DNA of 64,000 bases from Candidatus Harrisonbacteria bacterium (GTDB taxonomy: Bacteria > Patescibacteriota > Minisyncoccia > UBA6257 > 1-14-0-10-44-23): NCBI GenBank assembly GCA_023255625.1, contig JAHFLF010000003.1:2105-66104 (forward strand), written 5' to 3'. Positions 26,117 to 36,841 of the stretch are shown here, piece after piece. Position numbers and translations under genes: made by a program. The stretch's first letter is position 1, and every line of letters starts with the position of its first letter. The notes beneath the pieces were generated by a model that saw nothing but the letters and a program-made list of their open reading frames with translations, ran no database searches and was not told where the DNA came from.

Positions 26117-27583
26117 TTAATAAAGACGCGGGAAGAGCGGTTGAGTTGGTTTAACCACACTCATCTTACCGTCTACCGGATGCATGCACGCATCGATTTT
26201 GCCCGCCGTTTCCGGCAGAAAAATCTTGAGTAGTTGCCGGACATTATTTAAAATTTCCAGAGCATTGACTAAAATAAGCCGCTGCTCGTTCGAGCCAGTT
26301 ACTAAACTCCAGGGCTTATTTTCAGCCAGATAGCGATCCCCAAAACTAACTAAGCTCCAGATTGCCGCCAGCGACTCATGTAATTTTCGTTCTTCAATAC
26401 CTTTTGTTACGGCGACTTTGGCCTGATTATTAGCAGCAGTAATCTCTGCAGCAAATTCCGGAGAAGCAAAACCAATCTCGCCGAGCTTTTCAGCCAGAGT
26501 CAAAACTCTGGAGGCAAAATTACCCAGTCCGTTCGCCAAATCCGCATTGTAGCGCAGTTTAAATTTTTCATCGCTAAAATCACCATCGCCGTCAGACGGA
26601 ATCTCGCGGAGAAGATAGTAGCGCACTGCGTCAACACCATATTTTTGAACAAGCTCTACGGGGTCAACAGTATTGCCAAGCGACTTAGACATCTTCTGGC
26701 CGTTCACCGTTATATAGCCATGCACAAATAACTCTTTAGGCAGGGTTAACTTTGCAGAAAGCAGCATCGCCGGCCAATAAATTGCGTGGAAACGGATAAT
26801 TCCTTTGCCGATAATATGCAGGTTCGGCGGCCACCAGTCCTGGCCAGTTTGATTATTACCGGATTCAGCGGCGGTTCGATAATAATTCAGCGCATCAAAC
26901 CAGACATACATAATCTGATCCGGATCGCCTGGCACTGGCACGCCCCAGTTATGCGCCCGTTCTTTTGAACGAGAGATACTAAAATCCTCTAGTCCTTGCT
27001 TAATAAAGCCAAGTGCTTCGTTTTTGCGGTGCTCGGGGACAATTTTATATTCATCAGAGTTCAAAATTTTAGCCAGCTGGCCCTGGTATTTGGAAAGTTT
27101 AAAAAAATAATTTTCCTCTTCAATCTCATCCAGTTTACGGCCAGGGTGTTCATGGCACTCCCCCTTCTCATTTAATTCATCTAATGTATAAAACTGCTCG
27201 CAGCCCACACAGTACAATCCTTTATATTTTTTCTTGTAAATATCGCCGGCATCGGCGCAACGAGTCCAAAGATCCTGCGCAGAGAGAAAATGTTCCGGTG
27301 CGGTTGTCCGCTGGAAATGGTCAAAACTAATATTATAGAGCTTACCCAAATCTAAAAATGCTTGAGCGTTGCGATCACACAACTGCTGCGTCGTGATGCC
27401 CTCTTTCTGCGCGGCCTGTACATTTTTTAGAGAATTTTCATCGGCGCCGTAGATAAAAAATACCTCGTCGCCTTTTTGGCGACGATAGCGCGCGATCACA
27501 TCGGCCTCGACTAGCTCCATCGCAAAACCGATATGCGGCTTAGCGTTCACATAAGGAATGGCGGTGGTCAGGTAGAAGCGCAT
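26117..27583 (-). CDS. metG: methionyl-tRNA synthetase (short form, no C-terminal tRNA-binding domain)
   Basis: MRFYLTTAIPYVNAKPHIGFA (HIGH-type motif); KMSKSLGN present. Confidence 0.85.
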   Translation of the reverse strand: MRFYLTTAIPYVNAKPHIGFAMELVEADVIARYRRQKGDEVFFIYGADENSLKNVQAAQKEGITTQQLCDRNAQAFLDLGKLYNISFDHFQRTTAPEHFLSAQDLWTRCADAGDIYKKKYKGLYCVGCEQFYTLDELNEKGECHEHPGRKLDEIEEENYFFKLSKYQGQLAKILNSDEYKIVPEHRKNEALGFIKQGLEDFSISRSKERAHNWGVPVPGDPDQIMYVWFDALNYYRTAAESGNNQTGQDWWPPNLHIIGKGIIRFHAIYWPAMLLSAKLTLPKELFVHGYITVNGQKMSKSLGNTVDPVELVQKYGVDAVRYYLLREIPSDGDGDFSDEKFKLRYNADLANGLGNFASRVLTLAEKLGEIGFASPEFAAEITAANNQAKVAVTKGIEERKLHESLAAIWSLVSFGDRYLAENKPWSLVTGSNEQRLILVNALEILNNVRQLLKIFLPETAGKIDACMHPVDGKMSVVKPTQPLFPRLY

Positions 27584-27700
27584 GGTAGGTAGTTAGCTAG
27601 TTAGTTGGTTACTTTGTTAGTTAGTTTAATACGGAAACGCTTTACTGCAAATTTCTTGACTGACTAACCGTCGACCGACTAACTGGCGACTACTCCGTCT
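27584..27700. repeat. TTAGTTAG / CTAACTAG hairpin array in the metG 5' region (member of the CAACTAACTAGC family)
   Basis: ggtaggtagttagctagttagttggttactttgttagttag ... gactgactaaccgtcgaccgactaactgg. Confidence 0.55.
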
Positions 27701-28701
27701 GGCTCCACTGGGTGATCATGGCCAAGATGTTTAATAATCTCTTGCAAGAGCACGGCAACCGGTACGGCAATCACCGCACCAATAACACCGAAGGCCTCGC
27801 CACCGATCAGTAACGCAACAATCACAATAACCGGATTCAAATTAAGCGTGTACCGGCTGATAATCGGCAAGATCAGGTTGCTCTCGATCTGTTGGACAGC
27901 CACGAAAAAAATCAAAGTGTATAAACCAAGCGAGCCAGATTGAGTAAAAGCAGTTAACACGGCTATACCACCGGTAAAAATCGGGCCGACAAACGGTACA
28001 AGCTCAAATGCCGCGGCGGCGACCGCTAAAACGAATGCATATTTAACGCCCAGCAAACTCAAGCCAATGAAAACAGAGATTCCAATAATCACGCTTAGCA
28101 AAATCTGTCCGGCGAACCAATAACCGATTTTTATCCGGATACGCTCGTAGACCATGAGCATCTTCTTATGATACTGAAAAGGTACAATCGCCTGCATAAA
28201 ACGCTCGACTCCGTCCCGGCCTAGCGTCAGATAAAAAGAAATTACAAAAACGATCGTTGCCAGCAGCAACCCGCCAAGCATCTGCGATAAAAATGAGACC
28301 AAAGTTGTCTGACCGCCGAGCAACCCGTTGGTAAACTCATTGATTGCGCTAATGATCGTCTGCAAAACTGTTGATTGAATGCCAAGCGATTCAATCAAGC
28401 TGCCAAAGATATCCTGCGAATTCTCTAAAATTCCGTTCATTTCAGTCAAAAAAATCGGCACAACAATATACAGCACAAGCGCTATCACAAACAGAAGCAG
28501 AATATAAACGGCCAATGTGCCGATCAGCCGAGGAATCCGCCGGCGCTCCAACCAGCTAACGAAAGGGTCGAGCGAGGCAGCGATAATGATAGCCAAAAGA
28601 ACGGCTATGAGTACATCACTCGCCAAATAAACCACAGCAACCAAAGCAAGCATGGCTAATAATTTCCACAAGCTGCTCCAAGAAATCGAAAGTTGAGACA
28701 T
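27679..28701 (-). CDS. AI-2E (UPF0118, PerM/YhhT-like) family transporter
   Basis: 340 aa, eight TM segments, typical AI-2E topology and length. Confidence 0.7.
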   Translation of the reverse strand: MSQLSISWSSLWKLLAMLALVAVVYLASDVLIAVLLAIIIAASLDPFVSWLERRRIPRLIGTLAVYILLLFVIALVLYIVVPIFLTEMNGILENSQDIFGSLIESLGIQSTVLQTIISAINEFTNGLLGGQTTLVSFLSQMLGGLLLATIVFVISFYLTLGRDGVERFMQAIVPFQYHKKMLMVYERIRIKIGYWFAGQILLSVIIGISVFIGLSLLGVKYAFVLAVAAAAFELVPFVGPIFTGGIAVLTAFTQSGSLGLYTLIFFVAVQQIESNLILPIISRYTLNLNPVIVIVALLIGGEAFGVIGAVIAVPVAVLLQEIIKHLGHDHPVEPDGVVAS

Positions 28702-28792
28702 CTACCCTATTCTAATCTAGATTTTTAAAAAGAGAAACAACGCCACGCCGCCGTATCAACCTATATAACGCAGCCGGACGGAAAATCTTACA

Positions 28793-30058
28793 CTAAAGCT
28801 TCAGCAACTCCTCAAACTCCTTCCCCTCTTTTTTCGGCCCAATCATCGCCAGGTTTAACCCGGCATTCTTAAATAATTCCTTAGCCAGCGTCTGAATCTC
28901 GGCAGAGGTAACTAACTCAATCTTCTTCAAAATTTCGTCCGGAGTCATTTCGCTTTTACGCAGAACCTCCTGCACACCATAATACACGGCAAGCGAGTCC
29001 GAGGTTTCTAGACCAAGCATCATCGTGCCAGAAAGATGACTCTTCGCTCGAGCCAACTCCTCTGCGCTAACCGGTTCATCAGTCAGTCGCTTAAACTCCG
29101 CTAAAATTGCCTGAATCACAATTTCCAGCTTGCTGTGCTCCACGCCAGCACCAGCGGCAATGTAACCGTGGTCTGTGTACAAATCTGCACTGGCATTAAT
29201 ATAGTATGCCGCACCTAACTCTTCGCGAATTTTATGAAAAAGCCGCGAGCTCATTCCGCCGCCTAAAATGTCGGCTAAAACTTCCAGCGTATAGCGGCGT
29301 GGATCAAACATTGAAAAAGCCCGAAAGCCGAGCATCAAGTGCGTTTGGTCTGATTCTTTATGTTTGACAAAAACTATCGGCTTTTCCTGCTTTTCAATCA
29401 CTGCCAGTTTAGTCCCCTTTCCGCCGGAGGACATATTGCCAAAAAGTTTCTCAATTTGCGCCAGCACCGCCGGCTCATCAAAAGCACCAGTAACAATTAC
29501 TGTAGTGGCCTGCGGTAAATAATGTTTGGCCCGATAGGCGACAAAATCCTCCTTAGTCAAAATCCGAATAATGTCTTTTTCTCCACCAACATCCCAGCCA
29601 GCCGGCTGGTCGCCATAAAGCAGGTGTAAAAAAATATCGCCAATCTTTCGCTGCGGCATATCCTCGTACATATTTAGCTCCTCGATAATCACGCCTTTTT
29701 CTTTTTCAATCTCCGCTTTATCAAAAATTGGGTTCAAGTATAAATCAGAAATCAAATCTATCGCCTGCTGCGCATGATGCTTCTCAACTTTGGCAAAATA
29801 ACCGGTCCATTCATGGCTGGTAAAGGCGTTGTAGTGAGCGCCGAGTCCGTCCAGCTCGGCAGAAATCAGCATCGAGGTCGGCCGATTGGTCGTGCCCTTA
29901 AAACACATGTGTTCTAAAAAGTGCGACAAACCGTTGATTTGTTTTTGCTCATACTTACTGCCGGCCTCAACCATGACTAAAACCGTCATGGCCATATTTG
30001 CCGGCTGCGGCACAGTGATAATCCGCAGACCATTTTTTAGAATTGTTTTTTTGTACAT
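28793..30058 (-). CDS. M16-family (pitrilysin/insulinase-like) zinc peptidase
   Basis: HFLEHMCFKGT inverted zinc-binding motif (HxxEH). Start set at MYKKTILKNGLRIITV; the tracked N-terminal 50 codons run through the upstream terminator hairpin. Confidence 0.75.
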   Translation of the reverse strand: MYKKTILKNGLRIITVPQPANMAMTVLVMVEAGSKYEQKQINGLSHFLEHMCFKGTTNRPTSMLISAELDGLGAHYNAFTSHEWTGYFAKVEKHHAQQAIDLISDLYLNPIFDKAEIEKEKGVIIEELNMYEDMPQRKIGDIFLHLLYGDQPAGWDVGGEKDIIRILTKEDFVAYRAKHYLPQATTVIVTGAFDEPAVLAQIEKLFGNMSSGGKGTKLAVIEKQEKPIVFVKHKESDQTHLMLGFRAFSMFDPRRYTLEVLADILGGGMSSRLFHKIREELGAAYYINASADLYTDHGYIAAGAGVEHSKLEIVIQAILAEFKRLTDEPVSAEELARAKSHLSGTMMLGLETSDSLAVYYGVQEVLRKSEMTPDEILKKIELVTSAEIQTLAKELFKNAGLNLAMIGPKKEGKEFEELLKL

Positions 30059-30138
30059 ACGAATGATTATGATACCAATATACAAATTGTACAAATAATA
30101 CGAATGTTTACAAATGATAGGGGCTATAAAACGCGATA

Positions 30139-30178
30139 AAAAGAAAGAGCGCCGCGAATCCCGAAGGATCGCGGCGCC
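30139..30178 (-). terminator. Rho-independent terminator of the upstream GC-rich gene
   Basis: GCGCCGCGATCCTTCGGGATTCGCGGCGC on the minus strand, followed by TCTTTCTTTTT. Confidence 0.55.
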
Positions 30179-30255
30179 CGGTGTCCGGCCGCCGAAGCGA
30201 CTGGACACTTTGTTGCTAGGGCAGCTGCATCAGCTGCCCGGAACTGCGGAACCGA

Positions 30256-31458
30256 TCAGTAGACCAGAAGATCCTGTCCGCTGACCGGACCCGGCGCGTA
30301 CACCGGGTTGCCAGTGTCGGTTCCATGGCCCGTTCCCCATCCGCCGAACTCGATCGGGGCGAGATAGGTTCCGGGATAAGAGTTCGCGAGGATGTCCCCG
30401 AAGAACTCCACATACATGGCCTCGCCTGATTGAGAGGTCGCGCTGTCGAAGAAGCCGCCGCCGAAGTAGTGCGATCCGCTGAAGACGAACGGGATGGTCG
30501 AACTGTACTTCTCACCGTTCACCCAGACCTGCAGGTTCTGCAGCCCCAGCGTGTTCGGCAGGTGGAACCAGAAGTCGAGCTGGTTCAACGACAGCCCCTC
30601 CTGCGACCCCGGGAAGATGTACCAGGCCCCGAGCTTGGCCATGTTCGTGCCCGCCGGGTGCACGATCGGGCCCTCGAAGACCGGATCGCGGATGACTGTA
30701 ACATCCTGCGGTCCGAAGACCGAGATGGTCCGGCGAAGCGCGGTGATGCTCGCGTCCTTCTGGTCGATCTCGACCTGCGCCTGAATGAACTTATCGGCCA
30801 CGGCCCCTCGCTCCTGCTCCCGCTGGTCAGCGAGCTTGGCCATGGCCATCTTCTCCGCGCCGAGCGTGACGATCTGCGTTTCGCGGGCGGCAATTCCTTC
30901 TTGCAGAACACGGATCTGGGCCTCTTTGTCGAGCCGCCCATCATGCTCCATGTCGGCCTCTGTTCGGAGGTCGCCGATCTGCTTCTGGAGCGCCGCGCTC
31001 TCGGTGGCCTTCGCCACCTTGAGATCGGCGAGCTCCTTCCGCAGGGCGAGAATCTGCTCGCCGTCAGTCGGCCGCCGAAGTGCCGGCATCTTGAAGACCG
31101 ACGGCCTCGCGCCGAGCGTGAAGGTCCGGTCGAACGGCGAAGCCGCGTGTTCCAGGTCCACTGCGTGGACCCAGTACCGGCCTCCGACACGCGCCTCCCG
31201 CCAGTTGAAGAACCGTGACGGGCCGACGAAGCGTGGCTGGCGCGGTGCCAGGACGAGCTCGAACCTTCCCTGCTCGTTCTTCTGGAAGATCGAGATGTCC
31301 AGCACGCGCCCCTCGTCCGCGCGCAGCCCGATCGCTCCGGGCACGCCGAGCGTGAGCCCGGAGCGCTCCTCGTCCTGGGCATTCGCCGAAACGGCGAAGC
31401 CCAGACCGATGAACAACGAGACCAGGAACGCCGCAAACGACTTCCGCGAGAAACCCAT
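30256..31458 (-). CDS. GC-rich secreted coiled-coil protein (hypothetical)
   Basis: ATG at 31456-31458 preceded by AGGTGGGGG. Signal peptide MGFSRKSFAAFLVSLFIGLGFAVSANA, a central coiled coil, and a Gly/Tyr-rich C-terminal domain. It sits in a high-GC island with overlapping spurious ORFs. Confidence 0.4.
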   Translation of the reverse strand: MGFSRKSFAAFLVSLFIGLGFAVSANAQDEERSGLTLGVPGAIGLRADEGRVLDISIFQKNEQGRFELVLAPRQPRFVGPSRFFNWREARVGGRYWVHAVDLEHAASPFDRTFTLGARPSVFKMPALRRPTDGEQILALRKELADLKVAKATESAALQKQIGDLRTEADMEHDGRLDKEAQIRVLQEGIAARETQIVTLGAEKMAMAKLADQREQERGAVADKFIQAQVEIDQKDASITALRRTISVFGPQDVTVIRDPVFEGPIVHPAGTNMAKLGAWYIFPGSQEGLSLNQLDFWFHLPNTLGLQNLQVWVNGEKYSSTIPFVFSGSHYFGGGFFDSATSQSGEAMYVEFFGDILANSYPGTYLAPIEFGGWGTGHGTDTGNPVYAPGPVSGQDLLVY

Positions 31459-31564
31459 CCTGCACCCCCACCTGAAAGCCACTGAATTTCTGCAAAAAAC
31501 GACCTCACGTTGAGGTCGCCAGCAGACAAATATGATAGCATTATTGTATTAAAATGTCAAATCT

Positions 31565-31598
31565 CTATGTTACAGCGTACTAGTACGCTGTAACATAG
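31565..31598. repeat. 34-bp perfect palindrome CTATGTTACAGCGTACTAGTACGCTGTAACATAG (copy 1)
   Basis: Read directly. A second copy at 40848-40881 differs only at a symmetric compensating pair (C/G to T/A). Confidence 0.7.
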
Positions 31599-31639
31599 CA
31601 GTAAAATATAAAACATTGCAAAGAATAGCTATATAAAAG

Positions 31640-32980
31640 CTATTCTGACAATTTTGCCAAAATGTATGCCGGTAACTCACTGATTTTTACCCGTTCCTGC
31701 TTCATAGTGTCGCGATCACGAACGGTAACAGTATCAATTTTGGCCTGGTCGCTCCCCTCCTCGCCAAGAGTTTCAAAATCAATAGTTACGCAAAATGGCG
31801 TGCCAATTTCGTCCTGACTGTAGTATCTTTTTCCGACATTTCCCCTATCGTCCCAGGCCACAGTTAGTTGGTTAGTTGGTTGGCTAGTTAGTTGGTTAAA
31901 TACTTCGCGGGCCTTTTCAACTAACGCGGGTTTGTTGGCTAAGAGTGGAAACACGGCAACTTTGTACGGGGCAACCCATTTTGGTAATTTCAAATAGACG
32001 CGATCATTTTCTTTATCTTCTGTAAACGCCTCAAGAAGAGTAACGAGCACGCTGCGGTCAAGACCGAAACTTGGCTCAATCACATACGGATAGATTTTTT
32101 CGTTGGTCTCGGGATCCTGATACGGCGGCTCGGCAAAGTGATTCTTTAAATCAAAATCAGTTCGCGAGGCAAGACCATAAAGCTCTTTCTGGCCAAATGG
32201 ATACTTGTATTCAACATCAATTGTTTTTGCGGAGTAGTGCGCGCGTTCACCGTCAGCAATAGGCACATACACAACATGCTCGTCTTTAACTCCCAAATCT
32301 TTGACCCACTGCTTCATCTGGGTAAGCCAGTAATCAAAATGCTGATCCCACTCGCTGGGTTTTACAAAATATTCAAATTCCATGAGGTCAAACTCACGCT
32401 GGCGGAAGATAAAGTTGCCGGGCGTTATCTCATTGCGAAATGCGCGGCCCTGACTGGCAATACCAAACGGCAACCGCTTACGGCTCGTGTCTAAAACATT
32501 TTTAAAATTAACAAACATCGCCTGGGCAATCTCCGGACGAAGATAGACCGTGCTCGCCTTTTCTTCGGTTGGCCCGAGCGAGGTCTTGAGCATTAGATTG
32601 AAATTCTTTGGCTCGGTGAAACCATCCTTTCCGCTGCATGCCTGGCACGGCTTCGCTGAATCAATTTGATCCGCTCGAAAACGCGCATGACATTTTTTGC
32701 ACTCCACCAGCGGGTCATTGAAAGTCGCCAGGTGGCCACTTTTCTCCCAAACCTTCGGATTCATAATGACAGCCGCATCCAGCCCAACCATGTCATCGCG
32801 ATGCTCCACGAACCGCCTCCACCACTCGTCCTTGATATTTTTCTTAAGCTGCGCCCCAAGCGGCCCGTAATCCCAGGAGTTTGCCAGCCCGCCATAAATT
32901 TCAGAGCCCGGAAATACAAAACCCCGCCGCTTACAGAGCGCAATTACTTTCTCCATCAAATCATCTTTTCCTTGTTCCAT
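31640..32980 (-). CDS. glyQS: glycyl-tRNA synthetase, dimeric class II (alpha2) type
   Basis: MEQGKDDLMEKVIALCKRRGFVFPGSEIYGGLANSWDYGPLG... is typical of the GlyRS alpha2 type. It contains an in-frame FNQLTSQPTNQLTV insert encoded by the CAACTAACTAGC repeat (31860-31905). Confidence 0.85.
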   Translation of the reverse strand: MEQGKDDLMEKVIALCKRRGFVFPGSEIYGGLANSWDYGPLGAQLKKNIKDEWWRRFVEHRDDMVGLDAAVIMNPKVWEKSGHLATFNDPLVECKKCHARFRADQIDSAKPCQACSGKDGFTEPKNFNLMLKTSLGPTEEKASTVYLRPEIAQAMFVNFKNVLDTSRKRLPFGIASQGRAFRNEITPGNFIFRQREFDLMEFEYFVKPSEWDQHFDYWLTQMKQWVKDLGVKDEHVVYVPIADGERAHYSAKTIDVEYKYPFGQKELYGLASRTDFDLKNHFAEPPYQDPETNEKIYPYVIEPSFGLDRSVLVTLLEAFTEDKENDRVYLKLPKWVAPYKVAVFPLLANKPALVEKAREVFNQLTSQPTNQLTVAWDDRGNVGKRYYSQDEIGTPFCVTIDFETLGEEGSDQAKIDTVTVRDRDTMKQERVKISELPAYILAKLSE

Positions 32981-32994
32981 AACTTTCCGATATT

Positions 32995-34851
32995 CTACTG
33001 CGACTTCACTCTTTTATCCACACTGGTAACGGTCAAATCATCTGGGAGCATAACGGTAACGGGCCCGTCTTGCAAGTTCAATTTTTCACCGGTAAAACTG
33101 TCGGTATATGTACCGGTTGTTTCGCGAATCAACTCTGGATATTGATCAACCTGGTCTATAGCCGGAGTTAGTTCAACCTGAAAAATTAGTTCGGTCGGAT
33201 CGCTCAAAATACCTTTGGTAGCCGGAATTTTTGCCACGCCCCAGGTCATTTCCTGAGTTCGGTCGTTATACACAGGAGCATCCGGCGTAGTTGATTTGTA
33301 TTTTCCGGTGTAGCGCACATTCGAGCCCAAAAATGCCTTTAGAGAAATATTTTCAACATCAGTTGAGGTATTTTTGAAAATCCAGTGGATTGTAAACTGG
33401 GTAGCCCGCCCGACTATAGCCGGAAAGACTCCGTCGTTGGCAAAACCCGAAGCCGCGTCGCGATAATAACCGCTGGAAATAAAACCAAGCATCCCCTTCA
33501 TCTTGCTGGTCAGCTGGGCTAAGCCAAGAGTTTTACTCAACGAAACTCCACGCGGGACGGTCGGCGACTCAATTTCTGCATTTACCGTGATCACAAAATT
33601 TTTCGAACTCAATCTTGTAATTGGATAAGCTGGTTTTGTGGTAATTGTAAAAGTAACTGCTCCGGTAGCACCGGGGGCAAGCGAGCTTAATTCCGGTACG
33701 CGCGAGGCATTCCAAACAATCGTGTTGTCGCTGCTGCGCAATACGCCATTCGTTTTCAAAGTCTTAATATCAAACATCTCGCCGGTTGTCTTCGCCCGAA
33801 CAATCACATCTTTAAGACCAATCTCGGTTGTGTTTGTGTAAGTCAGACGATACCGCAACGACTCGGCCGGCGCGACCACCTTGTTGTTACCACCCTCAAG
33901 CTCTATGCGGATAGAAAGCGGCGAAGGAGCCAGTGTCAAACTCACGCTAGTTTGCGCCAAATCGTAGCGCCCCTCGCCAATCTGCGCGCTCAAAACGCTG
34001 CCGATCTCAAAGATCGCCTCGTCCTGCCCGACAATAAATCCCTTGAGAACAAGTTTACCGCTCGCTCCGGCGGCGAGTGCAGCAATATTCCAAGATTGAG
34101 CATCCTCCGCGCTTACTTGAGGATCAGCACTGGTAACCGTAAATCCCTGCGGATATTTCATCGCCAATTTCACCGCTTCATAATCCAGATCCGTCGCATT
34201 ATGATAATTGATCTCGGTTACAAACTCTGAACTGCCGAGAACTTTCGTCGGCGCGGTAATCGAAAGATCAATGCCGGCCGCTCCAACCACAACATCTTTA
34301 CTGGCGATTTTTTCAAAACGAGAACTTAAAGCACCCGGAACATAAGAAACTGCCGCCTTAACCTGGAGTACGGTGTTTTCCTGGCCCGTTGCCATAATCA
34401 TAAAAGACTCCTTACGAACAATTGCGCTTTCCAGGACACCAACAGAGCGATTCTCAACAGTCCGCGATCCGGGCACGCCGACAAAAATGATATCCTCCGG
34501 AAGCGTTACGCTAACCTGCGCATCTTTCAAGGCATCTCCGGAATTATTGGCAATCTGCACAATCAGCTCGGTTGGCACTCCTCGGTGCAGCTGATCCGGT
34601 AGACCGATGCTGATCTCCAAACCATTACCGTTATTTGCTCGAAGAATAAAATAGCCAACCAAACCGACGACCGCGACTAAAACGACTGAACCGATTATCA
34701 AGATTTTTTTGCCGAAGGAAGAATGTGGCGGCGCAAGCACCGGCCCGCCGGCGGGCATTTGGTTCAGCCAAGAACCCTGCTGATCCGGAACCAGGGGCTG
34801 ATTTTGTCCGGGGACTTGTGGAGTATTTTGTGATGCGTCAAATTGATCCAT
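32995..34851 (-). CDS. large membrane-anchored surface protein with beta-rich (Ig-like / DUF11-like) repeats
   Basis: 618 aa. A single N-terminal TM (KKILIIGSVVLVAVVGLVGYFIL), then repetitive T/S/V-rich beta-strand-like segments. Confidence 0.4.
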   Translation of the reverse strand: MDQFDASQNTPQVPGQNQPLVPDQQGSWLNQMPAGGPVLAPPHSSFGKKILIIGSVVLVAVVGLVGYFILRANNGNGLEISIGLPDQLHRGVPTELIVQIANNSGDALKDAQVSVTLPEDIIFVGVPGSRTVENRSVGVLESAIVRKESFMIMATGQENTVLQVKAAVSYVPGALSSRFEKIASKDVVVGAAGIDLSITAPTKVLGSSEFVTEINYHNATDLDYEAVKLAMKYPQGFTVTSADPQVSAEDAQSWNIAALAAGASGKLVLKGFIVGQDEAIFEIGSVLSAQIGEGRYDLAQTSVSLTLAPSPLSIRIELEGGNNKVVAPAESLRYRLTYTNTTEIGLKDVIVRAKTTGEMFDIKTLKTNGVLRSSDNTIVWNASRVPELSSLAPGATGAVTFTITTKPAYPITRLSSKNFVITVNAEIESPTVPRGVSLSKTLGLAQLTSKMKGMLGFISSGYYRDAASGFANDGVFPAIVGRATQFTIHWIFKNTSTDVENISLKAFLGSNVRYTGKYKSTTPDAPVYNDRTQEMTWGVAKIPATKGILSDPTELIFQVELTPAIDQVDQYPELIRETTGTYTDSFTGEKLNLQDGPVTVMLPDDLTVTSVDKRVKSQ

Positions 34852-34881
34852 AGTATCTATTCATAATTCTTAACTTCGACA

Positions 34882-35426
34882 TTATACCATGAGGTGCTGA
34901 ATTCCCGGAGAGATCTGGCTGCCGCGGTTAAGACACGCGCTGCACATATAAATAGATTCTCGGATCAAAAAATGTTCTGGCTGCGATTTGTTACACTGGC
35001 TGCAATGTGAGTGCAAAGGATCAAAACCAAGCACGCGCAGAAGTTGAGCAGTGGCTAAATCACCTTTTTCGATTAGCTGCCAAAGTGCTGCGTCCGGTTG
35101 ATGCAAATCTGTCATTTTTAAAATCAAATGCGCGACGCCAATTTGGGTAGTTGTTTTTTGGATTTTTTTATCACTCGCACTCGCCAACTCGTTAATCGTA
35201 CTGATTGCCAGCGCATCGACTAACTGCATACCACGCCGTTCCACCAGACGAACTGTTACCAAAGATAGCGGCTGAATATGTCCGGCCAATTTACTGGTTG
35301 GTTTTCGGGCCGACCTCGCCAGGGCAACGACTCGACCCAGCGATTTCGTAAACAAATGAACCCGCAAATCACTCTCGCCCGATGGCTCAATATCTAAAAC
35401 AAAACCCGAGGTGCTGTGTTCTTGCA
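34882..35426 (-). CDS. recO: DNA repair protein RecO
   Basis: MQEHSTSGFVLDIEPSGESDLRVHLFTKSLGRVVALARSARK (OB fold) plus a C-terminal Cys4 (HCSQCNK...YMCSACLNRG). The upstream part of the tracked ORF is a GC-rich read-through. Confidence 0.6.
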
Positions 35427-35524
35427 TGTAGTCACAAAAATTAAAAAAGGAAGAAGAATTTCTGGCAAAATTACTTTGTGGCCGGTTGAGACGAGGGCGT
35501 CCTCGTCTCAACCGTGCCGGTGCT

Positions 35525-35968
35525 TCAAGCGGTCGCGATGTGCGGCCGCTTTTGTTCTTCGATCCACTTCTCGTACGCGGGCAGGCGTCCGAGCGCCTGG
35601 GCGATGGCCTGGTCAGCCGGTGTCTCGTGGCAAGCACGACTGAACCCAACTTCGACCAGTCGACCGATCTCCGTCAGATCTGCACGGACGAAAAGCTGCC
35701 CTCTGCTGACCACCGGATGCTTGCGACCAAGCCGCTTGGCCAGATCAACAAGCCGCGAGGTGGTAATCGGATGTTGTCGCACGACGATGAGCGCCGTGTA
35801 ACCCCTGCGCCGATCCTGTAGCGCAAGCCGAATCGCGTCGACGGGATGGTAGTGCCCGAGAATTGGCTCTCCCGCCCGGACAAAGTCAATTTCCAGTCCG
35901 AGCGCCACTTTCACCTGATGCGCGAGCCGCATGTCCTCGACATGCGGCGAGACGAAAAGAATCTTCAC
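35525..35968 (-). CDS. hypothetical protein in a GC-rich island
   Basis: 147 aa, begins MKILFVSPHVEDM. No family recognised. High GC. Confidence 0.3.
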   Translation of the reverse strand: MKILFVSPHVEDMRLAHQVKVALGLEIDFVRAGEPILGHYHPVDAIRLALQDRRRGYTALIVVRQHPITTSRLVDLAKRLGRKHPVVSRGQLFVRADLTEIGRLVEVGFSRACHETPADQAIAQALGRLPAYEKWIEEQKRPHIATA

Positions 35969-36117
35969 GGCCCCTCCCTGTCTTTGTCATGCGCCCCGTG
36001 CGCAGGAACAACTTCAGCATGCATCACTTTCATCGGCTCGTCAAAAGACAAAATCACCACATTTCACGGCCGTATGATATGGTGATTTTAGTTTTTCTTA
36101 GAATGATTATAGAACGA

Positions 36118-36840
36118 CTACTCAAGCGCTCCAACAAACACCTTTTTCAAAATTTCGCTTGTCAATAAATCATGCGTGCTGCCATGAATAATTATTTTCC
36201 CTTTATCTAAAACATATCCGCGATGCACTATTTCCATGAGTGATTTTATATTATGCTCAACGATCAAAATTGCCGTCTTGTGACGATCATTTATTGCTTT
36301 AATATTTGCAAAAACCTCCTTGACGATTTTTGGAGCCAGCCCCAGCGACGGCTCATCAAGCAGCAATACTTTCGGATCGGTCATTAAACCTCGAGCAAGG
36401 GCGAGCATCTGTTGCTGTCCGCCGGAGAGTAGACCACTTTTCGTGTAGCGTTTATCGTGTAGGGCCGGGAAAATACTAAAAACTTCAGTGATTCGCTCTT
36501 TAAGCAAATCTTTGTCGCGCACTACCACCCCGGCAATCTCTAGATTTTCTAACACAGTCAGATTGGCAAACACGCGCCGGCCCTGCGGCACAAAAGAAAT
36601 TCCCCTTTCAACCATCTCGTAGGAAATTGGCGCAACTTTTTGATCGTGCCAAAAAATCGAACCATGCGAAAGTGGGGCTAGCCCAAAAATTGCCTTCAAA
36701 ATTGTTGACTTGCCGGCGCCGTTTGGCCCCATGAGCGCCACAATCTCGCCCTCGTCAATCGCAACCGAAACGCCGTCAAGCGCCCTCACGCCCCCGTAGT
36801 CCACATGCACATCTTTGATTTGCAACAAAATATCTTTCAT
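36118..36840 (-). CDS. livF: branched-chain amino acid ABC transporter ATP-binding protein (LivF-like)
   Basis: Walker A GPNGAGKST, signature LSGGQQQM, Walker B LLLDEP. Confidence 0.8.
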   Translation of the reverse strand: MKDILLQIKDVHVDYGGVRALDGVSVAIDEGEIVALMGPNGAGKSTILKAIFGLAPLSHGSIFWHDQKVAPISYEMVERGISFVPQGRRVFANLTVLENLEIAGVVVRDKDLLKERITEVFSIFPALHDKRYTKSGLLSGGQQQMLALARGLMTDPKVLLLDEPSLGLAPKIVKEVFANIKAINDRHKTAILIVEHNIKSLMEIVHRGYVLDKGKIIIHGSTHDLLTSEILKKVFVGALE

Positions 36841-36841
36841 A

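Noticed and set aside
30430-31541. Long overlapping ORFs on several frames (30430..31218 +, 30585..31541 -, 30785..31513 +, 31064..31495 -)
   Set aside because: This is a typical multi-frame ORF artefact of high-GC DNA. Only the frame with a signal peptide, an SD sequence and a coherent domain structure (30256..31458, minus) was kept.
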